From an uncultured Rikenellaceae bacterium (lineage in GTDB: Bacteria; Bacteroidota; Bacteroidia; Bacteroidales; VadinHA17), in NCBI GenBank assembly GCA_964639725.1, contig CAZXFB010000020.1, positions 2,384 through 66,383 on the forward strand: DNA of 64,000 nt. The letters are read 5' to 3'. Below are positions 27,499-35,798 of the stretch, piece by piece (position 1 is the stretch's first letter; every line of letters starts with the position of its first letter). The position numbers and the translations under genes are program-made. Under the pieces are notes generated by a model. It saw nothing but the letters and a program-made list of their open reading frames with translations, was not told where the DNA came from and searched no databases.

Positions 27499-29075
27499 TT
27501 GAATTCTTTTAGTTTATAAATAACGTAGGTTTTTGATCCTTCTTGTTGTGTCCTGTGACATTTTTTGCATTCAACATTAATATGTTTTCCATCAAGCTTA
27601 AAAGAAGTATTATTATGATCGAATTTTGACAATTCCCAGTTTTCTGTAGTATGACATTCATTGCAATCAGTCATACCGTTTCTTTCAAATTGCCTGAAAT
27701 GGTTATCGGAATGGCATGAAGAACAATTTTTTGATAATCCTTCAAATTTTTGCCTGACAAAACCGTCGGAATCCTTTTTAAAGTGACAAGTACGGCATTT
27801 TTGACCTGTATGGGCTCCACTCAAAACAAACTCAGTTTTCGAATGATCAAAGATCACCTCCTCCCAGCGGGTTTCTGAATGACATGTTATGCAACTTCCA
27901 GCAGGATAATATCTGGCCGGAATTATATTTTGATGAATATCAGCATGGCAATCTTTACAATTAATGCCAATTTCCCTGAAACTCCACTTTTCCTGCTTCT
28001 TATGACACTCATAACAAGGTATAGCCCTGTGTGCTGCCTGCAACGGGAAACGACTCAAATTATGCTTTTCTACAGTAAACAAGAATTGAGCAAAACCTTT
28101 TACAGTATGACATTCTGAGCAATCCGGAGTAATATTGTTTTTTGAAAACTGATTGTTGTGGTAATCGGCATGACAATCAGTACACCTATCATGTTTTAAA
28201 GGATCTGTAAACTTTGTCTTATGACACGATCTGCAATTAACAATCAGGTGTTTCTCTTCGAGTTTGAAATCAGTTTTATTATGATCAAAATTTCTGATCC
28301 CGCTCACTATCTGGAAAGATTCTTCACTATGACACTGTCGACAATTCTGTCCGAATTTATTCAAATGCGGATCCTTATGGCAACTGGTGCAATTAATATA
28401 TTGAATGCCACGGAAGTGCTGAAACTTTTTTCCTTCTATCATTTCAACCTTATGGCATTTATTACAATCAACTTTTTTATGTTTGCCTGCAAGTTGAAAT
28501 CTTGCAGTATTATGATTAAAATTTGAAGCTGGTGTAAAGGATTCCGGGTTATGACAATTCAGACAGGAAGAAGAGAGTGTCCTGAGGTGATAATCAGCAT
28601 GACAGGTTAAACATTCTGGTTTTAAACCGAGATATGTGTTCTTTCTGTTAATAAATATCTGATCCGTAAAATTTTTTGCGTTATGACATTCATTACATTC
28701 CTGTTTGATATGAGGTGCGAATAATGAGAATCCGGTAAGGTTATGGTTAAAATTTTTAAGATCAAGACGTATCAGTTGAAAATTTTTGCCATTATGTTCG
28801 CTGTGACAGACAGAACATTGTTTCCCCTTTACTTCAACTGAGGAGTGATATCCCTTCTGAAGGTTAATCCTGGTCTCTATTTCCGTATGACAAATCAGAC
28901 ATTTATCATTTGAAACCTTGTTACCCAGGAGGTGACATTGTGTACAATTTGAAATTCCTTCCAAGTGAGAATGGGCATTAGACAAAACACCTGGTGAGAT
29001 CTGAGCCGATACTTTTAATAATGACAATAAGAAAATAAGAATGACCCCAGCTTTCTTTCCTGCTTTATCCTGCAT
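27477..29075 (-). CDS. Multiheme c-type cytochrome, 20 CxxCH motifs (tandem c7-like triheme modules)
   Basis: Signal peptide ..LLKVSAQ, then 20 CxxCH motifs counted in 532 aa. There are five complete repeats of about 75 aa with three hemes each. Confidence 0.9.
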   Translation of the reverse strand: MQDKAGKKAGVILIFLLSLLKVSAQISPGVLSNAHSHLEGISNCTQCHLLGNKVSNDKCLICHTEIETRINLQKGYHSSVEVKGKQCSVCHSEHNGKNFQLIRLDLKNFNHNLTGFSLFAPHIKQECNECHNAKNFTDQIFINRKNTYLGLKPECLTCHADYHLRTLSSSCLNCHNPESFTPASNFNHNTARFQLAGKHKKVDCNKCHKVEMIEGKKFQHFRGIQYINCTSCHKDPHLNKFGQNCRQCHSEESFQIVSGIRNFDHNKTDFKLEEKHLIVNCRSCHKTKFTDPLKHDRCTDCHADYHNNQFSKNNITPDCSECHTVKGFAQFLFTVEKHNLSRFPLQAAHRAIPCYECHKKQEKWSFREIGINCKDCHADIHQNIIPARYYPAGSCITCHSETRWEEVIFDHSKTEFVLSGAHTGQKCRTCHFKKDSDGFVRQKFEGLSKNCSSCHSDNHFRQFERNGMTDCNECHTTENWELSKFDHNNTSFKLDGKHINVECKKCHRTQQEGSKTYVIYKLKEFKCESCHF

Positions 29076-29100
29076 ACATTAATGAATATTTGACCATTAC

Positions 29101-30432
29101 CTAATGTTTCATAACTATTTCACCAAACTTTTTTGTAATCTTAATTCCTGCTTTTTCAAGGAACTGGATTGGCAACTCTCCTCCGGCAAAAATAAAGACC
29201 ATATCATTTGGTAATTCAATATTCTCACCATTCTCATTGATTGAAAGAGTAATAGTTGTATCTCCAATAGAAATAAGGTTTGTCTTTAATCTGACATCAA
29301 GCCTACTTTCCGTAACGGCTTTATTCAGGGAAATTGTGTTAAGTGGCTTGATTCGGTTAAAAACCTCATTCCTGTAGGAAAGGATAACATGATTATTATC
29401 TGCAAGAAGCAAAGCTGATTCGACAGCTGAGTCACCTCCACCAACAACTATGATATGTTTACCTGTAATATCTTCGGGTTCCAGCAGCCTGTAAGCTACT
29501 TTCTCCTTATCTTCTCCAGGGATATTCAATTTACGAGGTGTACCTCTTCTGCCAATGGCCATTAAAATTCTTGCGGCAGTAAATTGATCGCCATTTAGTG
29601 TAGTTACCTTCAGAATCGAATTATCAGAAACAATAGATTCTACTTTAGAGTTTTCACTAATATTGATACTGTTTTTCGAGAGTACAGTTTGCCATAATTC
29701 AAGCAATTCGGATTTACTGGTTTCAAAGAGCTTTATTTTCCCAAACAGCGGCAGATCCATTGGAGAAGTCATTATGATTTTCTTCCTGGGAAAAGTAAAA
29801 ACTGTCCCACCCAGAGTATCCTGTTCCAGTACTAAAAATCTCAATCCAAATTTTTTTGCTGCCAGGCATCCGGAAATTCCCGCAGGTCCAGCACCAATGA
29901 TAATAAGATCGTAATCAGCCTTATGATCTTTATTAAATGACTTAATAATATTTTCCACTGCCTGACGACCCTGCTCAACAGCATTTTTGATAAGGCCCAT
30001 ACCTCCTAATTCACCGGCAATAAATATTCCCGGAACATTTGACTCGAAATTAGCGCTTACATGAGGAAGTTCAACTCCCCGGAACTCTGTACCTATCCTT
30101 AGACTTATAGCTTCAGTCGGGCAAGCATGAAAGCAGGCACCATGTCCGATGCACCGTGAAGCATTTATAATAGTAGCTTTACCGTTACGTATTCCCAGAA
30201 TATCATGTTCAGGGCAAGCTGAAATACACGCACCGGTCTGAATACACCTGTTTACATCTACAACCGGGTGCAGTGAGATAGGTTCATGAAGTCCCTCATC
30301 CTTAGCTTTCCTAATCTTTTCTTCGACAACTTTTGATTCTCTGCTTTTCTTTCGCAGGTAAATAGCTACAACTATAACACATAGTAATATTGTCACAGAA
30401 TAAATCAGGATATTTTCTAATAGCAGTTCCAT
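29101..30432 (-). CDS. Membrane-anchored FeS-ferredoxin-domain / FAD-NAD(P) pyridine-nucleotide-disulfide-type oxidoreductase
   Basis: N-terminal TM followed by RKKSRESK. Ferredoxin-like CIQTGACISACP and CIGHGACFHACP. FAD motif DLIIIGAGPAG. NAD(P) motif IIVVGGGDSAVE. Confidence 0.75.
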   Translation of the reverse strand: MELLLENILIYSVTILLCVIVVAIYLRKKSRESKVVEEKIRKAKDEGLHEPISLHPVVDVNRCIQTGACISACPEHDILGIRNGKATIINASRCIGHGACFHACPTEAISLRIGTEFRGVELPHVSANFESNVPGIFIAGELGGMGLIKNAVEQGRQAVENIIKSFNKDHKADYDLIIIGAGPAGISGCLAAKKFGLRFLVLEQDTLGGTVFTFPRKKIIMTSPMDLPLFGKIKLFETSKSELLELWQTVLSKNSINISENSKVESIVSDNSILKVTTLNGDQFTAARILMAIGRRGTPRKLNIPGEDKEKVAYRLLEPEDITGKHIIVVGGGDSAVESALLLADNNHVILSYRNEVFNRIKPLNTISLNKAVTESRLDVRLKTNLISIGDTTITLSINENGENIELPNDMVFIFAGGELPIQFLEKAGIKITKKFGEIVMKH

Positions 30433-30434
30433 AG

Positions 30435-31304
30435 TTAAAAAATCCAGCGGTAACCGAAAAGAATTGTAACACCGACATGAATCACCATAATTATCAACAT
30501 CACAAGAGCAAAGGGCAGATGGGCAACATGCCAGTATTTAAATAAATTCTGCATAGAATCCAGTCTTTCAATTCTGCGGTTTAATAATATATCTTCTTTT
30601 ACCAGGTTAAGTATTTTTTTATAATCTGAACCGGATAATTTATTTTTTTTTAGAACACTTTTAACTAACCTGATAGATCTTTGGTCATCCAGATGCTTTT
30701 CTATATATCGGAGTATCGGATTCTTCCTGTATAATACAACCTTCTTTTTTATAGAATCAAGCAAAATATTGTAACTCTCCTCATTAAGATTGTATGTATT
30801 TCTAACTATTACGGCAATATCACTTTTCATTCCCTTCACTTCATTTAAACTTAGTTCTCTTCCTTCTATTGATCGAGGTATCTGAATATAAATGAAGCGT
30901 CCAATAATTCCACTCAAAAAAACTGCAACCATACTCCAGAAACTAATAGCAACCAATCCTCCGAATTTATATGAAGTATGAAAAAGAATAAGAATGGGAC
31001 CAAGTGTGCAAAGAAAAATATGAACTTCGAGCCAATGCTTCAGCAACCCTATCCTGGACAAAAAACGGTATCTTTTTCGCGCCATATATGAACCCATCCC
31101 GATGATCATCAAAAAAGACCCAAGTATCCCAATGCCGTGCCCGATAGTCCCACTAGGTTTAAGCAATAAATGATCAGGATGGAAGACCCTTTCTTCAAGC
31201 CCGGATCTGTAATATGACAATCCTCTGTAAAAAAGGAAAATCGCAGTTATAATCACAATTGAAACCAATATGACTAAAAATATTCTGTGAGTAATTCGGG
31301 ACAT
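30435..31304 (-). CDS. Integral membrane protein, candidate di-heme b-type cytochrome (unknown family)
   Basis: About 5 TM helices. H95-x13-H109 and H262-x13-H276 lie inside predicted helices. A long K/R-rich loop spans roughly residues 145-255. Confidence 0.5.
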   Translation of the reverse strand: MSRITHRIFLVILVSIVIITAIFLFYRGLSYYRSGLEERVFHPDHLLLKPSGTIGHGIGILGSFLMIIGMGSYMARKRYRFLSRIGLLKHWLEVHIFLCTLGPILILFHTSYKFGGLVAISFWSMVAVFLSGIIGRFIYIQIPRSIEGRELSLNEVKGMKSDIAVIVRNTYNLNEESYNILLDSIKKKVVLYRKNPILRYIEKHLDDQRSIRLVKSVLKKNKLSGSDYKKILNLVKEDILLNRRIERLDSMQNLFKYWHVAHLPFALVMLIIMVIHVGVTILFGYRWIF

Positions 31305-31391
31305 TAAATAAAGATATTTCTTTTCAAAATCTATTGTAACAATTTATGAACATTAGTAAAAATAGTGTTTTTTACCTTTTGTGAAACTGCC

Positions 31392-31415
31392 ACGATAATA
31401 AAACAAAATTATCGT
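31392..31415. promoter_or_regulatory. Perfect 8-bp inverted repeat between ygiQ and the cytochrome operon (terminator or operator)
   Basis: ACGATAAT (31392-31399) and ATTATCGT (31408-31415) flank an 8-nt spacer. On the minus strand the spacer region reads TAATTTTG, a TAnnTTTG-like box. Confidence 0.3.
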
Positions 31416-31433
31416 CGCCTCTAAAACTTTTAG

Positions 31434-33266
31434 TTATTGTTCCTTTCCTCCCACTCTTCTTCTCTCAGGTCTTCCATGTTCAGGATAATATGGTTTCTGC
31501 TGGTTCTCTTTATTATACCAGAAAAAATATCCCTTCTGTCTTCTTTTATCCTCAATACTTTTTGCAACATATACTTTCTTTCGGGAGAATGGATCAACTC
31601 CGGTATAATACATCAGTGTTGACAGAGTCATTGGTGTCGGAGTAAAATCCTGGACCTGTTCAGGCTTGATACCCAAACTTTTAACTTCAGCAACCAATGC
31701 TTTCATGTCGGCATCGGTACAACCAGGGTGGGACGAGATAAAATATGGAATTATCTCATATTTAAGATCATATTTCTTTCTGATATTATCAAACCGCTTT
31801 TTAAGATTCTTAAAAAGATCAAAAGGTGCTTTACGCATATGTGCCAGAACATGTGGGGAGGTGTGTTCAGGAGCAACTTTCAGCCGGCCTGATACATGGT
31901 TTGCAACAAGCTCCTCGAGGTATTCACCTTCATCCCTGCCGGCACTCTTATTCCATTCGGGGAATAACAGATCATACCGCACACCACTTCCTATAAAAGA
32001 TTTTTTTATTCCATCCATCATATCCACCTTTCGGTAAAGATCAGTAAGTTGTTTATGATTTGTATCAAGGTTTTTACAAATTGAAGGCCAGATACATGAT
32101 GGTCTGGAACAAACCTCACAAAGATCCATATTCTTGCCCTTCATCCTATACATATTTGCTGAAGGTCCTCCAAGATCAGATAAATAACCTTTAAAATCAG
32201 GTAACCGGGAGATTTTGCTAATTTCAGTGAGAATGGATTTTTCAGACCTGCTCACAATCTGTTTTCCCTGATGTGCCGCAATGGCACAGAAACTGCATCC
32301 CCCAAAACAACCTCGATGAATATTTACAGAAAATTTGATCATCTCATATGCAGGAATACTTCCCTTTTTATGATAACGAGGGTGAGGCAAATACATATAG
32401 GGAAGATCATAGGAGCTATCAGCCTCTGATTCTGTCATTGGATGAAAAGGTGGATTTATGATAACCCTGTTATCACCGGAAGGTTCAATAAGACGCGCTG
32501 ATTCAATCCTGTTTGATTCTTTTTCAAACTTCAAAAAATTCTCTGCAAATAGGATCTTGTCATCAACGCATTTTTCAAATGAATGAAGTGAGATATCTTT
32601 CCACATTTTCTGTGCAGGAATGGTCTCATCTCCTTTAACAACAATTGCTGTCTGTGCAATTGTTTTAAGAGATGAAAAAGGAACTCCTTTCATCAGGAGT
32701 CTTAAAAGTTCTCGCAATGGTTGTTCGCCCATTCCATATATAAGCATATCAGCACCACTACTCAATAATATTGATGGCTCCAGTTTATCTTTCCAGTAAT
32801 CGTAGTGGGTAAGTCGCCGCATCGAAGCTTCAATTCCGCCGATCAAAACAGGAACGTCCGGAAATATCTCCTTAAGGATCTTTGTGTAAACAATTGTCGG
32901 ATAGTCAGGTCTGAAACCTGATTTCCCTCCCGGTGTATAGGCATCATCAGATCTTAACCTGCGGGCAGCAGTATAATGGTTTACCATTGAATCCATATTC
33001 CCTGCTGAGACCCCGAAGAAGTATTTAGGTCTTCCCAGTTTCCGGAAATCGCGCAAATCGTCTTTCCAGTTTGGCTGAGGGACAATTGCAACATGTAATC
33101 CCTCATCCTCAATGACTCTTCCGATAACAGCGGATCCGAATGATGGATGATCAACATATGCATCACCGGTAAAGATTATCACATCGGGTTGATCCCATCC
33201 CAGTAATTCAACCTCCTTTTTAGTGGTTGGAAGCCATTTCTCAGCTGAAGAAGTCATTGTATTCAC
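31434..33266 (-). CDS. ygiQ: YgiQ-family (UPF0313) radical SAM protein
   Basis: LGWDQPDVIIFTGDAYVDHPSFG is the N-terminal signature of YgiQ. The radical-SAM cluster motif is CFGGCSFC. Confidence 0.85.
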   Translation of the reverse strand: MNTMTSSAEKWLPTTKKEVELLGWDQPDVIIFTGDAYVDHPSFGSAVIGRVIEDEGLHVAIVPQPNWKDDLRDFRKLGRPKYFFGVSAGNMDSMVNHYTAARRLRSDDAYTPGGKSGFRPDYPTIVYTKILKEIFPDVPVLIGGIEASMRRLTHYDYWKDKLEPSILLSSGADMLIYGMGEQPLRELLRLLMKGVPFSSLKTIAQTAIVVKGDETIPAQKMWKDISLHSFEKCVDDKILFAENFLKFEKESNRIESARLIEPSGDNRVIINPPFHPMTESEADSSYDLPYMYLPHPRYHKKGSIPAYEMIKFSVNIHRGCFGGCSFCAIAAHQGKQIVSRSEKSILTEISKISRLPDFKGYLSDLGGPSANMYRMKGKNMDLCEVCSRPSCIWPSICKNLDTNHKQLTDLYRKVDMMDGIKKSFIGSGVRYDLLFPEWNKSAGRDEGEYLEELVANHVSGRLKVAPEHTSPHVLAHMRKAPFDLFKNLKKRFDNIRKKYDLKYEIIPYFISSHPGCTDADMKALVAEVKSLGIKPEQVQDFTPTPMTLSTLMYYTGVDPFSRKKVYVAKSIEDKRRQKGYFFWYNKENQQKPYYPEHGRPERRRVGGKEQ

Positions 33267-33305
33267 GCCATAAAGTTACTGAAAATTACTATCTTGCTAC
33301 AAATT

Positions 33306-35639
33306 ATGCTAAATATCAAGATGTTTCTCAAAGCAGCAATTAAAATATCATTTCATGATTGCAGCATAAGAGACTTTTTAAAAGTTTTCCCCGCTGGTTA
33401 CATAATAATTTTAATACTTATTTATCCATCACCTAAATGTGACATACTGGCTCAGGTAAATGTAGAGAGACCCGGGATAGGACTTGTACTAAGTGGAGGG
33501 GGCGCTCTCGGAATGGCACATTTAGGAGTAATAAAAGTAATGGAGGAATCAGGACTGAGACCTGATTACATTACTGGAGTCAGTATGGGAAGTATTATTG
33601 GCGGGATGTACGCATTAGGGTATTCCTCAGACAGTCTTCAGAAGCTGCTAAACGCTGTTAACTGGGAAGTCACATTGTCAAACAAAATTCCGGAGAATAA
33701 AATAATTTTCCTTGAAAAGAAATATTTCTATAACAGTATTATTTCATTACCGGTAACTTTAAGAAAGGTTATGTTTCCTTCTGGTTTGATCAACGGACAA
33801 ATAGTTGAAAATACACTTAGTTTTTTTGCATGGCCTGCCGCAGATATCAATGTTTTCAATAAGCTGCCGATCCCATTTATGTGTGTTGCCACGGATATAC
33901 TTACCTGTAAAAGAGTCGACCTGAAATCAGGATATCTTCCCGATGCAATAAGGGCAAGTATTGCTGTTCCATCAATACTTACACCGATTAAAATTGATAC
34001 TGCATTGCTTCTGGATGGAGGCATGATAAGAAACTTCGCAGCAAGCGAAGTAAAAAATATGGGAGCTGACATAGTTATCGGATCATATGTCGGATTTCAC
34101 CGTTATACAGAAGAAGAACTTCAATCTGTATCAGGGATTATTAAGCAATTCAGTTTTTCGAGGAGTATTGAAGATTACGATGAAGAGAAAAAGCTGGTTG
34201 ATCTGCTAATAGTTCCGGATATAAAGGATCTTTCAGTTATGGATTTCAGCAATCCTGATACAATTATTCAGAGGGGTTATAAGGCTGCCTCATCACACCG
34301 CAGTTATTTTACAAAGCTTGCGGATTCACTGAACAGGTTTGGAGTTCAAAAACCGATAAAGAATATTCTGGATAAGCAATACTATGCTTTTGACAGGATT
34401 GATATTATTGGAAATGAAATAAATTCAGATGCACAGATATTAGGGATTCTCGATATAAATCCGGGAGAGAAAGTTGACAAAAATATGTTAAGCAACAGAA
34501 TTGATATGCTTTATGGCAAGGCATGGTTTGAGAAAATAAAATACAGGTTTTTACCCCGGAATGATTCTTTGATCCTGGTAATTGAATGCATAGAAAGACC
34601 AAAAACAATGCTTTATGGATCTGTACATTATGACAATTCGCTCAGTTTCGGATTTTTACTTTCGATGTCAATAAAAAACCTTCTTACACCCAGATCGGTG
34701 TTAGATGTTGATTCCTATATTGGTCAGTATTTCAGGTTCAGGGCAAATATCATTCAATTTTTAGACAGAAATCAGAAATTCGGATTGTCAGCTAATGTTT
34801 ATTCTGATAATACGTTGCTTCCAATGCTAAGATTTCAAGGCGAAAATAAGAATATAGTCAGTCGGAATGTTTCAACAGGACTAACAATTAACCGGAGATT
34901 GGGATTAAATTATCTGATCGGATTCTCATCAAGTATTGAAAATAATTACCTGATGCCACGGTTCCCTTATAATACCTATTTAAAGCATATTACATATAAT
35001 TACTTTACATCCAGCTTTGACTATCAGATAAATACCCTTGATTCAAAACATTTCCCTGATAAAGGACTGATACTTAATATCTCGGCTAGTACCTCCAGGC
35101 TCATGTCTGGAAATATTAAAACTGAATATTTAAAAACAGTATATAAAGACTATACACCGGGGAATTTTGATTTTGACAGATTTTTCACTCTTTATGGAAA
35201 CATGAAACAATATTTTAATGTTGGCAACAAATTGACAATTGCATTAAGGGGAGATGCCCTATTCATTTCGCAATGTGATTCTATATCTGCACAAAACAAT
35301 TTCTTTCTATTGGGTGGTTTTGAATCCCTTAATAAAAGATCAATTCCAATGATTGGGTTTCATGCGAATGAAATACCCATTAAGAAGCTCATTGGAATAA
35401 AAACAGAATTCGACCTTAAATTATATGATGAAATTCATCTGGACTTAAGCATGAATATTTTTGCTGCCCAGGAAGCAGAAAGGGATAAAGGATTATCAAT
35501 TCTAGCAGGATATGGAATCGGAGTTGGTTATATGTCAATTATCGGGCCCATTAAGGCCGGATTGATGCAAGGAAAGTACAGAAACGAAAAATACTTCAAA
35601 GAAATTAAAGGCTATTTAAGCATAGGTTACAATTTCTGA
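33306..35639 (+). CDS. Patatin-like phospholipase fused to POTRA + Omp85-type beta-barrel (PlpD-like, type Vd autotransporter architecture)
   Basis: GGGALGMAHLGV oxyanion motif, GVSMGS nucleophile and DGG Asp motif. A POTRA-like segment (FDRIDIIGNE..) follows. The barrel ends in ..IGYNF. The start is uncertain (TTG 33294, ATG 33306 or ATG 33321). Confidence 0.75.
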   Translation: MLNIKMFLKAAIKISFHDCSIRDFLKVFPAGYIIILILIYPSPKCDILAQVNVERPGIGLVLSGGGALGMAHLGVIKVMEESGLRPDYITGVSMGSIIGGMYALGYSSDSLQKLLNAVNWEVTLSNKIPENKIIFLEKKYFYNSIISLPVTLRKVMFPSGLINGQIVENTLSFFAWPAADINVFNKLPIPFMCVATDILTCKRVDLKSGYLPDAIRASIAVPSILTPIKIDTALLLDGGMIRNFAASEVKNMGADIVIGSYVGFHRYTEEELQSVSGIIKQFSFSRSIEDYDEEKKLVDLLIVPDIKDLSVMDFSNPDTIIQRGYKAASSHRSYFTKLADSLNRFGVQKPIKNILDKQYYAFDRIDIIGNEINSDAQILGILDINPGEKVDKNMLSNRIDMLYGKAWFEKIKYRFLPRNDSLILVIECIERPKTMLYGSVHYDNSLSFGFLLSMSIKNLLTPRSVLDVDSYIGQYFRFRANIIQFLDRNQKFGLSANVYSDNTLLPMLRFQGENKNIVSRNVSTGLTINRRLGLNYLIGFSSSIENNYLMPRFPYNTYLKHITYNYFTSSFDYQINTLDSKHFPDKGLILNISASTSRLMSGNIKTEYLKTVYKDYTPGNFDFDRFFTLYGNMKQYFNVGNKLTIALRGDALFISQCDSISAQNNFFLLGGFESLNKRSIPMIGFHANEIPIKKLIGIKTEFDLKLYDEIHLDLSMNIFAAQEAERDKGLSILAGYGIGVGYMSIIGPIKAGLMQGKYRNEKYFKEIKGYLSIGYNF

Positions 35640-35798
35640 AATTACCATTAAACAGAGACAATTAAATGTCCTCTAAAATTACTCATATCCTGACTATCAA
35701 TTCAAACGGACAGATGTTAACGGCCTGATTGTTGCAGTACATATGTTTGGAAATATTGAAATGAATATCTTTTAAGTTTCGTTTCACAACAAAAATTT

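Noticed and set aside
31434-33266. A radical SAM gene next to the redox island, which might be a hydrogenase maturase (HydE/HydG) or a heme-modifying enzyme.
   Set aside because: The N-terminal signature GWDQPDVIIFTGDAYVDHPSFG and the overall length match the YgiQ/UPF0313 family, not HydE or HydG. A 129-nt gap with an inverted repeat separates it from the cytochrome operon.
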